Source of the DNA: Candidatus Pantoea superficialis | Lineage (GTDB): Bacteria > Pseudomonadota > Gammaproteobacteria > Enterobacterales > Enterobacteriaceae | Direction of reading: 5' to 3' | Assembly (NCBI GenBank): GCA_002299595.1 | Contig: DBOK01000188.1 | Coordinates: 3,533-67,532 of the forward strand | Length of the DNA: 64,000 nucleotides | In this document: one piece after another, positions 1 to 11,476 of the stretch | Layout: the number at the start of each line of letters is the position of its first letter | How positions within the stretch are numbered: position 1 is the stretch's first letter | Notes under the pieces: model-generated | Told to the model about the DNA's origin: nothing | Databases searched by the model: none | The model's input: only the letters and a program-made list of their open reading frames with translations | Translations under genes and position numbers: made by a program

Positions 1-993
1 CTGATGTTCGTCCAGCAGCAGGCGCAGCATCTCCGGGATGGCGATGGTGGGATGCGTATCGTTAAGCTGAATCACTTCGTAATCGGGCAGTTCTTCGATT
101 TTGCGCCCGGCCAGGTGATGGCGTCGCAGGATATCCGCCACCGCGCAGGCGCACTGAAAATATTGCTGCATCAGGCGCAGGTGTTTGCCTTCCTGATGGT
201 TATCGTTGGGATAGAGCACTTTAGTCAGCTTCGCGGCGTCAACGCCCTGCTGCTCCGCCTGTAGAAACTTGCCGTCGTTAAACAGCGTCAAATCGAAAGG
301 ATGGAGATGGCTCGCCTTCCACAGCCGAAGCGGCAGGGTGACGCCGTTACGATAGCCAATCACTGGCAGATCCCAGGCTTCGCCGCGCAGGGCGAAGGCG
401 GGTTTCCAGTGAACGCCGCCATCGTCGGTTTTCTCCACGCTGCCGCACATGCCGACGCTGACGTCCAGCGCCGCGTTATGGCGGAACCAGGGATAGCGAT
501 CGCGCTGCCAGTCATCCGGCGCTTCATACTGTTTTCCGTTGCGAAACGACTGGCGGAACAGGCCATATTGGTAGTTCAGGCCGTAGCCTATCGCCGGCTG
601 GCCGACCGTCGCCATCGAATCCATGTAGCAAGCCGCCAGGCGCCCCAGCCCGCCGTTGCCGAGCGCCGGGTCTACCTCCTCCTCCAGCAGTTCGCCGAGA
701 TCGACCTGGTGCTGCGCCAGCGCCGCTTTCACTTCGTCATACCAGCCGAGGTTTAGCAGATTGTTGCCGGTCAGGCGGCCCAGAAGGAATTCCATCGACA
801 AATAGTTAACATGGCGCTGCGGCTTGCCGTTCTTCGCCGCTGGCTGCGCGGCCAGCAGTTCCGCCAGCGCGCCGCTTAGTGCCTGCCACCACTGGGCGGG
901 CGTCATTTGCTGCGCAGCGGAGAGACCAAGATATTGCCACTGACGGGTTAATGCAGATTCAAAGCGTGCCTGATTGAATTTTTGCTGCGACAT
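1..993 (-). CDS. malP: maltodextrin phosphorylase (5' part; runs off window start)
   Basis: Read manually on the minus strand from ATG at 993: [45 protein letters not shown]..., matching the MalP N-terminus; later [20 protein letters not shown] and [12 protein letters not shown] phosphorylase motifs. Missing from the ORF track because the stop lies outside the window. Confidence 0.93.
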   Translation of the reverse strand, partial: MSQQKFNQARFESALTRQWQYLGLSAAQQMTPAQWWQALSGALAELLAAQPAAKNGKPQRHVNYLSMEFLLGRLTGNNLLNLGWYDEVKAALAQHQVDLGELLEEEVDPALGNGGLGRLAACYMDSMATVGQPAIGYGLNYQYGLFRQSFRNGKQYEAPDDWQRDRYPWFRHNAALDVSVGMCGSVEKTDDGGVHWKPAFALRGEAWDLPVIGYRNGVTLPLRLWKASHLHPFDLTLFNDGKFLQAEQQGVDAAKLTKVLYPNDNHQEGKHLRLMQQYFQCACAVADILRRHHLAGRKIEELPDYEVIQLNDTHPTIAIPEMLRLLLDEHQ

Positions 994-1215
994 AGCACTC
1001 GTCCATTTAACGATGTGGGGAACAGGGTTGCGCACAGGCTGACGGCGCCGCGTTAGTAAAAGAGGGCGTGAATGCGGCTCCAGTCCGGGGCCAGAGAAAA
1101 GGCGGACGCGTCAGCAACGCCTTAATTTAAGACGTCATTGAGGAAAAAAGCGACAGCGCGACGCAAGGAAAATCAAAAGCGGCAGTGCAGGCCAGCCGCG
1201 CTGGCCTGCCGGGGT

Positions 1216-1974
1216 TTAACAGAGTTCGAGCTGAACTTCGTACTGCTCGATCACTTTCATTACGCTGGCGGGCGGCTGCTGATCGGTGTAGAGGTAATCG
1301 ATCAGGCTCATGTTGCCGAGGTTCACCATGGCGTTGCGGCCGAACTTGGAGTGATCCACTACCAGCATGACGCAGCGGGAATTTTCGATGATGGCGCGCT
1401 TGGTGCGCACCTCGTGATAATCAAACTCCAGCAGCGAGCCATCCATATCGATGCCGCTGATGCCGAGGATGCCGTAGTCGAGGCGAAACTGCGAGATGAA
1501 ATCGAGCGTCGCCTCGCCCATGATGCCGCCGTCGCGCGTGCGTATTTCGCCGCCGGCGATAATCAGGCGAAAGTCCGGTTTCGACATCAGCAGCATGGCG
1601 ACGTTGAGGTTGTTGGTGACGACGCGCAGATCGTTGTGGTTCATCAGCGCATGCGCTACCGCCTCCGGCGTGGTGCCGATATCGATAAACAGCGTGGCGC
1701 CGTCGGGGATCTGGCTGGCGACGCGCTGGGCGATACGCGCCTTTTCCGCGGACCACATCATCTTGCGATCCTGCCAGGCGGTGTTTTCCGAGCTGGAAGG
1801 TAAGGCGGCACCGCCGTGGTGGCGCTGAATTTTATTTTGCTCGGCGAGATCGTTGAGATCGCGCCGGATGGTTTGCGGACTTACCTCGAAGTGGTCGACT
1901 AACTCCTCGGTGCTGACATATCCCTGACGCCGGACCAGATCGATAATGGCGTCATGACGCTGCGTCTGCTTCAC
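1216..1974 (-). CDS. glpR: glycerol-3-phosphate regulon repressor (DeoR family)
   Basis: MKQTQRH...VSPQTIRRDL DeoR HTH, 252 aa, glpEGR context. Confidence 0.97.
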   Translation of the reverse strand: MKQTQRHDAIIDLVRRQGYVSTEELVDHFEVSPQTIRRDLNDLAEQNKIQRHHGGAALPSSSENTAWQDRKMMWSAEKARIAQRVASQIPDGATLFIDIGTTPEAVAHALMNHNDLRVVTNNLNVAMLLMSKPDFRLIIAGGEIRTRDGGIMGEATLDFISQFRLDYGILGISGIDMDGSLLEFDYHEVRTKRAIIENSRCVMLVVDHSKFGRNAMVNLGNMSLIDYLYTDQQPPASVMKVIEQYEVQLELC

Positions 1975-2022
1975 ACTGCTCTCCTGTTCATGGCCAGTGG
2001 CCTGTTGTTTTCCGTGGCGGCG

Positions 2023-2847
2023 TTAACGCCGCGTCACTTTACGGGTATCGACAAAGGCCATCGCCAGACCGACCAGCAGGCCGGTCACATGCGCCGCGTT
2101 GGCGACAGACAAGCCAAAAGCGCCGAACCAGCCAATTATCAACCACAGAATAGCGAAACCAATCAGCCCCCGCTCCAGGAAAATCCCGCTTTCGGGATCG
2201 CGCTCGCCGCGCAACCAGCAGTAGCCCATCAGCGCATAAACCACGCCGGAAAGGCCGCCAAACCAGATGCCGCTGAATTTCGCCTGCATCCAGCCGCTCA
2301 GCAAGGCGGAAATCACCATAATGACGAACAGCTTGCCTTTGCCGAGGCGTTTTTCCACCGCGCCGCCGAGATACCACCACCAGAGCAGGTTAAAAAGGAT
2401 ATGCAGTAGCGAAAAATGCAGCAGCGCGTGGCTGAACCAGCGCCAGACCTGAAAATATTGTCCCGGACCGTCCGGCCAGGCGAGCCAGTCCATCACGGTT
2501 TGCGCGCCCGCTATCTGCATCAGCACGAAAACCGCGACGCAGGCGACCATCACCGTCAGGGTCAGCGGCCCTGCGCGCTCGCGGATATTCGCCCAGAAAT
2601 GGCCGCGCGGGTAGCGCAGCCCGCTGGCGGTATTGCCGGTGCGCCAGCTGGCGTCATGGTAACGCGCATGATTAGGGTCGCGAATGAACTGCTGAAGTTC
2701 GTTTTCGACCATTTCCACTTTCGACTCATCATCCAGCATGATGAAATAGTGACCGTCATGCTCAATCCGCAGGCGCACGCCGCGCGTCGCCATGTAGTCG
2801 ACAAAGGCTTGCGCCATGCGCGGATGGCTAAACTGAGTAATACGCAT
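2023..2847 (-). CDS. glpG: rhomboid intramembrane serine protease
   Basis: [26 protein letters not shown] (catalytic Ser) and ANAAHV (catalytic His). Confidence 0.97.
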   Translation of the reverse strand: MRITQFSHPRMAQAFVDYMATRGVRLRIEHDGHYFIMLDDESKVEMVENELQQFIRDPNHARYHDASWRTGNTASGLRYPRGHFWANIRERAGPLTLTVMVACVAVFVLMQIAGAQTVMDWLAWPDGPGQYFQVWRWFSHALLHFSLLHILFNLLWWWYLGGAVEKRLGKGKLFVIMVISALLSGWMQAKFSGIWFGGLSGVVYALMGYCWLRGERDPESGIFLERGLIGFAILWLIIGWFGAFGLSVANAAHVTGLLVGLAMAFVDTRKVTRR

Positions 2848-2877
2848 CTTGCACCGACCTCCTTGCTCTTTTACATA

Positions 2878-3207
2878 TTACGCCTCAGGCGAAGCGGTGA
2901 CGTTTTCCGGGAAGGCGGCGCGCCAGGCGTCGAAGCCGCCGTCAATGCTATAGGCCGCATCAAAGCCTTGGTTAATCAGGTACTGCGCCGCGCCTTTACT
3001 GCTGTTGCCGTGGTAGCACATCACCAGCACCGGTTTGCTGCGATCGGCCTGCGCCATAAAGCTGTTCAGGTTGCTGTTGGAGAGATGAAGCGCATCGGTG
3101 GCGTGCGCGGTTTGGAAGCTTTGCGGGTCGCGGATATCCACCAGCACCGCGCCCTGCGCCAGATGCGCCTGGGCCTGCAGGACAGTAATGCACTCAAAAT
3201 TTTCCAT
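2878..3207 (-). CDS. glpE: thiosulfate sulfurtransferase (single-domain rhodanese)
   Basis: MENFECI start, CYHGNSS active-site loop, IDGGFDAW. Confidence 0.95.
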   Translation of the reverse strand: MENFECITVLQAQAHLAQGAVLVDIRDPQSFQTAHATDALHLSNSNLNSFMAQADRSKPVLVMCYHGNSSKGAAQYLINQGFDAAYSIDGGFDAWRAAFPENVTASPEA

Positions 3208-3307
3208 GGGATTTCTCATTTCTGCGTCATAAACGGCAGCTATTGTAACGCGAGTTAGCCGGTCAATAACCTGACAAAGGTTGTGGCATTATGAATATTT
3301 TGCGCAG

Positions 3308-3329
3308 AAATGTTAGCCATATCACGCAA
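3308..3329. promoter_or_regulatory. CRP-binding site between glpE and glpD
   Basis: aaaTGTTAgccataTCACGcaa versus the TGTGA-N6-TCACA consensus, at the position expected for glpD. Confidence 0.7.
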
Positions 3330-3360
3330 AAATGTTTTTATTGAGTTAATAGCTGGCGCC

Positions 3361-3422
3361 AATGTTGGTTTCCGATTATTATAATGCTCGAAAACGAACA
3401 TTAGTGAACTATTCCGAACATC
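3361..3422. promoter_or_regulatory. tandem GlpR operators upstream of glpD
   Basis: AATGCTCGAAAACGAACATT (3383-3402) is a near-perfect GlpR palindrome, flanked by degenerate copies at 3361-3380 and 3403-3422. Confidence 0.85.
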
Positions 3423-3434
3423 GGAGGAGATGAC

Positions 3435-4952
3435 GTGGAAACCAAAGACCTGATCGTGATCGGCGGCGGCATCAACGGTGCCGGCATTGCAGCGGACGCT
3501 GCAGGACGCGGACTGTCTGTGCTGATGCTGGAGGCGCGGGATTTGGCCTGTGCAACCTCCTCTGCCAGTTCGAAGCTGATTCATGGCGGCCTGCGTTACC
3601 TTGAACATTACGAATTCCGCCTGGTGAGCGAAGCGCTGGCCGAGCGTGAGGTCCTGTTGAAAATGGCGCCGCACATTGCCTTCCCGATGCGCTTCCGCCT
3701 GCCGCACCGTCCGCATCTGCGCCCGGCCTGGATGATCCGCACCGGTCTGTTTATGTACGACCACCTCGGGAAACGCACCAGCCTGCCGGGCAGCAAGAGC
3801 TTGCGTTTTGGCGCGGATTCGGCGCTCAATCCGGAAATCACGCGCGGTTTCGAATATTCCGACTGCTGGGTCGACGATGCGCGTTTAGTGGTGCTGAACG
3901 CGCAGGAAGTGGTCAAACGCGGCGGCGAAGTGCGTACCCGCACCCGCGTGACGCGTGCCTGGCGTGAAAACGGCTTCTGGATGGTGGAAGCGGAAGAGAC
4001 CGACAGCGGCAAAACCTTTACCTGGCGCGCCAAAGGGCTGGTCAACGCCGCAGGCCCCTGGGTTAAGCAGCTGTTCGACGAAAACCTGAAGCTGAAATCC
4101 CCTTACGGCATCCGTCTGATCAAAGGCAGCCACATTGTGGTTCCGCGCGTGCACCGCGAAAAACAGGCGTATATTCTGCAAAACGAAGATAACCGCATCG
4201 TGTTTGTGATTCCGTGGATGGACGAGTTCTCCATCATCGGCACCACCGATGTGGAATATAAAGGCGATCCGAAAAACGTCAAAATCGACGACAACGAGAT
4301 CGAATACTTGCTGAAAGTCTATAACGGCCACTTTAAGAAACAGCTGGTTCGCGACGATATCGTCTGGAGCTACTCCGGCGTGCGTCCGCTGTGCGACGAC
4401 GAGTCGGATTCGCCACAGGCGATCACGCGTGACTATACGCTGGACGTGCATGATGATAACGGCACAACGCCGCTGCTTTCGGTTTTCGGCGGCAAGCTGA
4501 CCACCTACCGCAAGCTGGCCGAGCATGCGATGGAGAAGCTGGCGAAATATTATCCGAACGCCGGTCCAGCCTGGACGAAGAACTGCGTGCTGCCGGGCGG
4601 CGATATCGCCGGTACCCGCGAGGATTACGCTGCCAGCCTGCGTCGCCGTTATCCGTTCATCAGCGAAGGCATGGCGCGTCACTATGCGCGTACCTACGGC
4701 AGCAACACGGAAAAATTGCTGAAGGGCTCGCAGAGCCTGAACGATTTAGGCGAGAACTTCGGCCATGAGTTCTACGAAGCCGAGCTGCGCTATCTGATGG
4801 AGAATGAGTGGGTGCGCGAACTGGACGACGCCATCTGGCGCCGCACTAAACAGGGCATGTGGCTAAGTAAAGCCGAGCAGACGCGCGTCGCTGAGTGGTT
4901 GTCGACACACGTGGCGGATCGCAATCCGCTGCCGCTGAAGCAGTCCGCCTGA
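3435..4952 (+). CDS. glpD: aerobic glycerol-3-phosphate dehydrogenase
   Basis: GTG start after GGAGGAG; GGGING FAD motif, SSKLIHGGLRYL, GGKLTTYR. Confidence 0.97.
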   Translation: METKDLIVIGGGINGAGIAADAAGRGLSVLMLEARDLACATSSASSKLIHGGLRYLEHYEFRLVSEALAEREVLLKMAPHIAFPMRFRLPHRPHLRPAWMIRTGLFMYDHLGKRTSLPGSKSLRFGADSALNPEITRGFEYSDCWVDDARLVVLNAQEVVKRGGEVRTRTRVTRAWRENGFWMVEAEETDSGKTFTWRAKGLVNAAGPWVKQLFDENLKLKSPYGIRLIKGSHIVVPRVHREKQAYILQNEDNRIVFVIPWMDEFSIIGTTDVEYKGDPKNVKIDDNEIEYLLKVYNGHFKKQLVRDDIVWSYSGVRPLCDDESDSPQAITRDYTLDVHDDNGTTPLLSVFGGKLTTYRKLAEHAMEKLAKYYPNAGPAWTKNCVLPGGDIAGTREDYAASLRRRYPFISEGMARHYARTYGSNTEKLLKGSQSLNDLGENFGHEFYEAELRYLMENEWVRELDDAIWRRTKQGMWLSKAEQTRVAEWLSTHVADRNPLPLKQSA

Positions 4953-4958
4953 TCAAGG

Positions 4959-4996
4959 CCGGGCGGAGCGCGATCCGCCCGGTTATTTCCCTTTTT
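4959..4996 (+). terminator. intrinsic terminator after glpD
   Basis: CCGGGCGGA/TCCGCCCGG stem followed by a T-rich tail. Confidence 0.6.
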
Positions 4997-5004
4997 ATAA
5001 CTTC

Positions 5005-5598
5005 TTATAACTTCAGATACGCTCTGATCCCATCCAGAAACATCTGCGTCGCCAGCATAATCAAAATCAATCCCATCAGCCGCTCCAGCGCATTCACGCC
5101 TTTATCGCCCAGCAGGCGCAGAAACAGGCCGGAGAGCAGCAAAATCGTCACCGTTACGCCCCACGCCAGCAGCAGCGCACCGACCAGATGTCCCATCTGA
5201 TTCGGATATTGATGCGACAGCAGCATCAGCGTAGCCAGCAGCGAGGGACCGGCCACCAGCGGGATCGCCAGCGGCACGAGGAACGGCTCTTCGCCGACGG
5301 GCAGGCCGGTGCTGTTGCTCTCGTGCGAAGGAAAAATCATTTTGATGGCGATAAGAAACAGAATAATGCCGCCGGAGATCGACACCGTCTCGGCACGCAG
5401 GTTAAGAAACGCCAGAATACGTTCGCCGGCGAACAGAAACAGCAGCATCAGCACCAGCGCAATCAGCATTTCGCGAATCAGCACCACGCGCCGCCGTTTC
5501 GGCTCCAGATGCTTCAAAACCGACATAAATATCGGCAGGTTGCCCAGCGGATCCATAATCAACAACAATAAAATGGTCGCAGAAATTAATTCAGTCAT
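5005..5598 (-). CDS. yhgN: MarC-family (NAAT) inner membrane protein
   Basis: IMDPLGNLPIF and PLAIPLVAGP motifs, 197 aa, divergent from asd. Confidence 0.93.
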   Translation of the reverse strand: MTELISATILLLLIMDPLGNLPIFMSVLKHLEPKRRRVVLIREMLIALVLMLLFLFAGERILAFLNLRAETVSISGGIILFLIAIKMIFPSHESNSTGLPVGEEPFLVPLAIPLVAGPSLLATLMLLSHQYPNQMGHLVGALLLAWGVTVTILLLSGLFLRLLGDKGVNALERLMGLILIMLATQMFLDGIRAYLKL

Positions 5599-5830
5599 TT
5601 GTTTTAAGATATTCCTGTCGCCGACAGCGCGTTATTAGCTACGCTGCTGAAAAAGTAAGGGCAATCGATTTAATTCACTTGCCAGACGTGCTGCATTTTG
5701 TAGAGTTAGTAACCATTAGTAAATCGTATAGTACACATCCGGGTAATGGCTCCGCCGTTACGGGTTTTGACATTGATTCAGGCAGGCGGCGAACAGCAGA
5801 CGCAGCCCAATCGCCTGAGACGGACAAAAG

Positions 5831-6940
5831 ATGAAAAATGTAGGTTTAATCGGCTGGCGCGGCATGGTGGGTTCCGTGCTGATGTCCCGCATGAGCGAAG
5901 AGCGCGATTTCGATATTATCAATCCGGTCTTTTTCTCCACGTCGCAACACGGTCAGGCGGCGCCTGAATTCGGTGGCAAGTCCAACGGCGCGCTGCAGGA
6001 TGCGTATGATATCGACGCGCTGCAAGCGCTGGATATCATTATTACCTGCCAGGGCGGCGACTACACCAGCGAGGTTTACCCGAAGCTGCGCGCGAGCGGC
6101 TGGCAGGGTTACTGGATCGATGCGGCGTCGACGCTGCGTATGCAGGACGACGCCATCATTATCCTCGACCCGGTCAACCATCAGGTGATCCGTCAGGGTC
6201 TGGATAAAGGCGTGAAAACCTTTGTCGGCGGCAACTGCACCGTCAGCCTGATGCTGATGTCGCTGGGCGGCCTGTTCGCGAACGATCTGGTGGAGTGGGC
6301 TTCCGTCGCCACTTACCAGGCGGCGTCTGGCGGCGGCGCGCGCCATATGCGCGAACTGCTGACGCAAATGGGCATGTTGCATGACCACGTTGCGAAAGAA
6401 CTGCAAAATCCGGCCTCCGCCATTCTCGACATTGAACGCAAGGTCACCGATCTGTCGCGCGTCGGCACTCTGCCCACCGACAATTTCGGCGTGCCGCTGG
6501 CGGGCAGTCTGATCCCCTGGATCGACAAACAGCTGGATAACGGCCAGAGCCGCGAAGAGTGGAAAGGTCAGGCCGAAACCAACAAAATTCTCGGCACCCG
6601 CAGCACCATTCCGGTCGACGGCCTCTGCGTACGCGTCGGCGCGCTGCGCTGCCACAGCCAGGCCTTTACGCTGAAGCTGAAAAAAGATGTGCCGCTGGCG
6701 GAGATCGAGCAGATGCTGGCTGCGCATAACGAATGGGTGAAAGTGGTGCCGAACGACCGCGAGCTGACGATGCGCGAGCTGACGCCGGCTGCGGTAACCG
6801 GCACCCTGACCACGCCGGTTGGCCGTCTGCGCAAGCTGAACATGGGGCCGGAGTATCTCTCCGCCTTTACCGTCGGCGACCAGCTGTTATGGGGTGCGGC
6901 GGAGCCGCTGCGCCGTATGCTGCGCCTGCTGGCGGGCTAA
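5831..6940 (+). CDS. asd: aspartate-semialdehyde dehydrogenase
   Basis: [12 protein letters not shown] motif, GGNCTVS catalytic Cys, [10 protein letters not shown]. Confidence 0.98.
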   Translation: MKNVGLIGWRGMVGSVLMSRMSEERDFDIINPVFFSTSQHGQAAPEFGGKSNGALQDAYDIDALQALDIIITCQGGDYTSEVYPKLRASGWQGYWIDAASTLRMQDDAIIILDPVNHQVIRQGLDKGVKTFVGGNCTVSLMLMSLGGLFANDLVEWASVATYQAASGGGARHMRELLTQMGMLHDHVAKELQNPASAILDIERKVTDLSRVGTLPTDNFGVPLAGSLIPWIDKQLDNGQSREEWKGQAETNKILGTRSTIPVDGLCVRVGALRCHSQAFTLKLKKDVPLAEIEQMLAAHNEWVKVVPNDRELTMRELTPAAVTGTLTTPVGRLRKLNMGPEYLSAFTVGDQLLWGAAEPLRRMLRLLAG

Positions 6941-6956
6941 CTCTGAATCTGCTGTC

Positions 6957-6984
6957 GAGGCCGGGTTTTCCCGGCCTTTTTTTA
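6957..6984 (+). terminator. intrinsic terminator after asd
   Basis: AGGCCGGG-tttt-CCCGGCCT followed by a T run. Confidence 0.85.
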
Positions 6985-7298
6985 TTCCTTTCGATGTAAA
7001 ATCAATCTAAGTTTCGTCCTGCAAGTGATCCGCTTCCCTTTTTTGACACCGGGACGATAATTTTTTGCTTTCTCCCCTGGCAACTGCCAACCCCAAGCTA
7101 TGATTTAACCATGATGTGCCGGTAGTTAACTGTTTTTGCTTTCCGAACTGAATAGTTGTTGTACACGGCTGCGAATTTTCCCATGGATGGATAGCTTCCA
7201 TGCCTGTGTGCTCATGGCTCAATAAAAAGCAGCGCATGTGTGGAGGCCCCTACCCGCCTCGTTCATCTCGCCTGCCCCTATATCACAGGAAAAAAGTC

Positions 7299-9509
7299 AT
7301 GTCAGAGCTTCCCGATCGCCAGACGATTAACGCCCTGTTTGCGGGCAATTATGCCGATCCCTTTTCCCTGCTGGGGATGCATCAAACCGCTCAGGGGCTG
7401 GAAGTCCGGGCCTTGCTGCCCGAAGCCTCGGAAGTGTGGGTAATAGAAACAAAAACCGGGCGCAAATGCGCTCAGCTGCAATGTCTGGATTCACGCGGTT
7501 TCTTCAGCGGCGTCATTCCCAGACGCAAGAACATGTTCCGCTATCAGCTGGCCGTAAACTGGCATGGGCAACAGAACCTGATCGACGACGCCTACCGCTT
7601 CGGCCCGCTGCTGGAAGAGATGGACGCCTGGCTGCTGGCGGAAGGCACCCATCTGCGGCCTTATGAGAAGCTGGGCGCGCACGGCGCGGTGCTTGACGAC
7701 GTCAACGGCACCCGCTTCAGCGTCTGGGCGCCTAACGCTCAGCGCGTCTCGGTGGTCGGCGATTTCAACTACTGGGACGGCCGCCGCCATCCGATGCGTT
7801 TTCGCGCCGAAATGGGCATTTGGGAACTGTTCGTGCCCGGCGCCTTTAACGGCCAACTCTACAAATTCGAGATCGTCGATAAAACCGGCAAATTGCGTAT
7901 CAAGGCCGATCCTTTCGCTTTCGAGGCGCAAATGCGTCCGCAAACGGCCTCCATGATCTGCGGCCTGCCGGCGAAAGTGGAGATGAGCGACGCACGCAAA
8001 GCGGCCAACGATTTTGACGCGCCGATCTCCATTTACGAGGTGCATTTAGGTTCCTGGCGTCGCCATACCGACAATAATTTCTGGCTCAGCTATAAGGAGC
8101 TGGCCGAACAGCTGGTTCCCTATGTGAAAGACATGGGCTTTACCCATATCGAACTGATGCCGATCAACGAGCACCCGTTCGACGGCAGCTGGGGCTACCA
8201 GCCGCTGGGCATCTACGCGCCGACACGCCGCTTCGGCACGCGCGACGAGTTTCGTTATTTCATCGACGCCGCGCACGATGCTGGTCTTAACGTCCTGCTC
8301 GACTGGGTGCCGGGCCACTTTCCCAGCGACGATTTCGGCCTGGCGAGGTTCGACGGCACCGAACTTTACGAGCACAGCGACCCGCGCGAAGGCTTTCATC
8401 AGGACTGGAATACCCTGATCTACAACTTCGGCCGCCGCGAAGTCAGCAACTTCCTCGCTGGCAACGCGCTCTACTGGCTGGAGCGGTTTGGCATCGACGG
8501 GCTGCGCGTCGATGCGGTGGCGTCGATGATCTATCGCGACTACAGCCGCGCGGAAGGCGAATGGGTGCCCAACTATTACGGCGGCCGCGAGAACCTCGAG
8601 GCGCTGACCTTCCTGCGTTACACCAACCGCACGCTGGGCCTCACGGCGCCGGGCGCCATCAGCGTGGCGGAAGAGTCTACCGATTTCCCCGGCGTCACCA
8701 AGCCGCCGGAGTCGGGCGGCCTCGGCTTCTGGTTTAAGTGGAACCTGGGATGGATGCACGACACGCTCGACTACATGAAGCTCGACCCCATTCATCGTCG
8801 CCATCATCATAACCTGATGACCTTCGGCATGCTGTACAACTACACCGAAAACTTTGTGCTGCCGCTTTCGCACGATGAAGTGGTGCATGGCAAACGCTCC
8901 ATTCTGGACCGGATGCCGGGCGACCCCTGGCAGAAGTTCGCCAACCTGCGCGCCTACTACGGCTGGATGTGGGCTTTCCCTGGCAAAAAGCTGCTGTTTA
9001 TGGGCGGCGAATTCGCGCAGGGCAAAGAGTGGAACCATGACATCAGCCTGGACTGGCACCTGCTGGAAGGCGCCGACAACTGGCATCACGGCGTCCAGCG
9101 CCTGGTGCGCGATCTTAACCACACCTATCGCCACTATCCGGCGATGCACCAGCTCGATTTTGACCCGCAGGGCTTCGACTGGCTGGTGGTGGATGACCAT
9201 GAAAATTCCGTTTTTGCTTTTGCCCGACGCGACCGCGATGGCAACGAAATCATCGTGGTCAGTAATTTTACGCCGGTCCCGCGCGAACATTACCGTTTCG
9301 GCGTGAACCAGGCCGGCGGCTGGCGCGAAGTGCTGAATACCGATCAGCATACCTATCACGGCAGCGACGTGCACAATCGTGGTGTGGTGCAGACTGAGGC
9401 TATACCCAGCCATGGACGTGAACAATCGCTTAGCCTGATGGTGCCGCCATTGGCGACCATCTGGCTGGCGCGGGAGAGAGTAGATGGCATTACAGATCGG
9501 CAAGCCTGA
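7299..9509 (+). CDS. glgB: 1,4-alpha-glucan branching enzyme
   Basis: Start MSELPDRQ after an AGGA RBS; GH13 motifs [31 protein letters not shown]. Confidence 0.97.
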   Translation: MSELPDRQTINALFAGNYADPFSLLGMHQTAQGLEVRALLPEASEVWVIETKTGRKCAQLQCLDSRGFFSGVIPRRKNMFRYQLAVNWHGQQNLIDDAYRFGPLLEEMDAWLLAEGTHLRPYEKLGAHGAVLDDVNGTRFSVWAPNAQRVSVVGDFNYWDGRRHPMRFRAEMGIWELFVPGAFNGQLYKFEIVDKTGKLRIKADPFAFEAQMRPQTASMICGLPAKVEMSDARKAANDFDAPISIYEVHLGSWRRHTDNNFWLSYKELAEQLVPYVKDMGFTHIELMPINEHPFDGSWGYQPLGIYAPTRRFGTRDEFRYFIDAAHDAGLNVLLDWVPGHFPSDDFGLARFDGTELYEHSDPREGFHQDWNTLIYNFGRREVSNFLAGNALYWLERFGIDGLRVDAVASMIYRDYSRAEGEWVPNYYGGRENLEALTFLRYTNRTLGLTAPGAISVAEESTDFPGVTKPPESGGLGFWFKWNLGWMHDTLDYMKLDPIHRRHHHNLMTFGMLYNYTENFVLPLSHDEVVHGKRSILDRMPGDPWQKFANLRAYYGWMWAFPGKKLLFMGGEFAQGKEWNHDISLDWHLLEGADNWHHGVQRLVRDLNHTYRHYPAMHQLDFDPQGFDWLVVDDHENSVFAFARRDRDGNEIIVVSNFTPVPREHYRFGVNQAGGWREVLNTDQHTYHGSDVHNRGVVQTEAIPSHGREQSLSLMVPPLATIWLARERVDGITDRQA

Positions 9510-11466
9510 GCCTTTAGGCGCGACCTACGACGGCAAAGGCGTTAATTTTACCCTGTTTTCACAACACGCCGAGCGCGTCGAGCTTTGTCTGTTCGACAAT
9601 CACGGCACGGAGAGACGCTTTACTCTGCCCGGACGCAGCGGGGATATCTGGCACGGCTATTTTCCGGCGCTGAAGCCGGGACAGCATTACGGCTACCGGG
9701 TGCACGGCCCTTGGCAGCCGCCGCTCGGGCACCGGTTTAATCCCAACAAGCTGTTGGTCGATCCCTGCGCGCGTGCCGTGATCGGCGACGTCCCTGACGA
9801 TCCGCGCTTTCACAGCGGCGACGGCGAGCCCGACAAGCAGGACAACGCCGCGTTGGCGCCGAAATCGGTGGTGGTCGCCGAAGATTTCGACTGGGGCGGA
9901 GACACCCCGCCGCGCACCCCCTGGGGCAACACGGTGATCTACGAAGCGCACGTGCGCGGCCTGACGAAACTGCATCCGGAAATTCCGGAAACGCTGCGGG
10001 GAACTTACGCCGCGCTGGGCCACCCTGTTATGGTGAATTACCTGAAGCGTCTCGGCATCACCGCGCTTGAGCTGCTGCCCATCGCCCACTTCGCCAGCGA
10101 GCCGCGTTTGCTGCGTCTGGGACTGAGCAACTATTGGGGCTATAACCCCTTTGCCAACTGGGCGGTGGATCCACGCTACGCCTCCGGGCAGAACGGCCTG
10201 TCGCCGCTGGCGGAGTTTCAGCAGGCGGTGAAAAACCTGCATGAGGCGGGCATCGAAGTGCTGCTGGACGTGGTGTTTAACCATACCGCCGAGCTGGAAG
10301 AGACCGGCCCGGTGATCTCCATGAGCGGCATCGACAACGCCAGCTATTACTGGCTGAACAAACAGGGCGATTACGAAAACTGGACCGGCTGCGGCAATAC
10401 GCTCAACATCGCCCATCCGCGCGTGATGGAGTTCGTGCTGGAGGCGCTGCGCTACTGGGTCAACGTCTGTCACGTCGACGGCTTCCGCTTCGATCTGGCG
10501 ACGGTGCTGGGCCGCACCCCGGATTACACCCAGGAGGCGCCGCTGTTCGCCGCCATCAAGGCCTGTCCGGTGCTGTCGAAAGTGAAGTTGATCGCCGAGC
10601 CCTGGGACATTGGTCCCGGCGGCTATCAGGTCGGCGATTTCCCCGCGCCGTTCGCCGAATGGAACGACCATTTTCGCGACGGCATGCGGAAATGGTGGCT
10701 GCACAACGCAATAAGCAACGGCGAATTCGCATCGCGCTTCGCAGGAACCAGCGAGGTTTACCAGCGCGACGATCGTCTGCCTTCCGCCTCCATTAATCTG
10801 ATTACCGCCCATGACGGCTTTACGCTGCGGGACCTGGTGAGCTTTAACCGAAAACATAACGAAGCCAACGGCGAAGACAACCTCGACGGTAACAACAGTA
10901 ACCACAGCCACAACCACGGTACCGAAGGGCTGAAAGCGTCGTATGAGGTGATAGAGCGCCGTCGACGCAGCGTGCATGGCTTGCTGACCACGCTGCTGCT
11001 GTCGCAGGGCACGCCGATGTTGCTGGCAGGCGACGAGCTTGGCCACAGCCAGCACGGCAATAACAACGCCTACTGTCAGGACAACGTGCTGACCTGGCTG
11101 GACTGGCGGGACGGCGATAACGAACTGGTCGACTTTACTGCGGCTCTGATCCATCTGCGCCAGCGCATTCCGGCGCTGACGGCGGATCGCTGGTGGCAGG
11201 AAGACGACGGCAGCGTGCAGTGGTTGAACGCCAGCGGCGAACCCCTGCAGGAAGAAGAGTGGGAACAGGGGGAGCACAGACTGCAAATCCTGCTCTCCGG
11301 CCGCTGGTTAATAACAATAAACGCCACGGAATCCGTGAGCGACATCAAGTTACCAGGTGGCGAATGGCGTGCCTTACCTCCTTTCGCCGGGGATGAAAAC
11401 CCGATACTGATAACTGTCTGGCATGGGTCCGCGCACGGCGTGTGTGTGTTCCAAAAGCAATCATAA
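9484..11466 (+). CDS. glgX: glycogen debranching enzyme
   Basis: [31 protein letters not shown] motifs. Confidence 0.97.
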   Translation: MALQIGKPEPLGATYDGKGVNFTLFSQHAERVELCLFDNHGTERRFTLPGRSGDIWHGYFPALKPGQHYGYRVHGPWQPPLGHRFNPNKLLVDPCARAVIGDVPDDPRFHSGDGEPDKQDNAALAPKSVVVAEDFDWGGDTPPRTPWGNTVIYEAHVRGLTKLHPEIPETLRGTYAALGHPVMVNYLKRLGITALELLPIAHFASEPRLLRLGLSNYWGYNPFANWAVDPRYASGQNGLSPLAEFQQAVKNLHEAGIEVLLDVVFNHTAELEETGPVISMSGIDNASYYWLNKQGDYENWTGCGNTLNIAHPRVMEFVLEALRYWVNVCHVDGFRFDLATVLGRTPDYTQEAPLFAAIKACPVLSKVKLIAEPWDIGPGGYQVGDFPAPFAEWNDHFRDGMRKWWLHNAISNGEFASRFAGTSEVYQRDDRLPSASINLITAHDGFTLRDLVSFNRKHNEANGEDNLDGNNSNHSHNHGTEGLKASYEVIERRRRSVHGLLTTLLLSQGTPMLLAGDELGHSQHGNNNAYCQDNVLTWLDWRDGDNELVDFTAALIHLRQRIPALTADRWWQEDDGSVQWLNASGEPLQEEEWEQGEHRLQILLSGRWLITINATESVSDIKLPGGEWRALPPFAGDENPILITVWHGSAHGVCVFQKQS

Positions 11467-11476
11467 GGAGTCAGAC

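Noticed and set aside
5707..5830. Lysine riboswitch upstream of asd
   Set aside because: Too short and lacks the conserved L-box P1/P2 and kissing-loop signatures; kept only as an unassigned structured leader.
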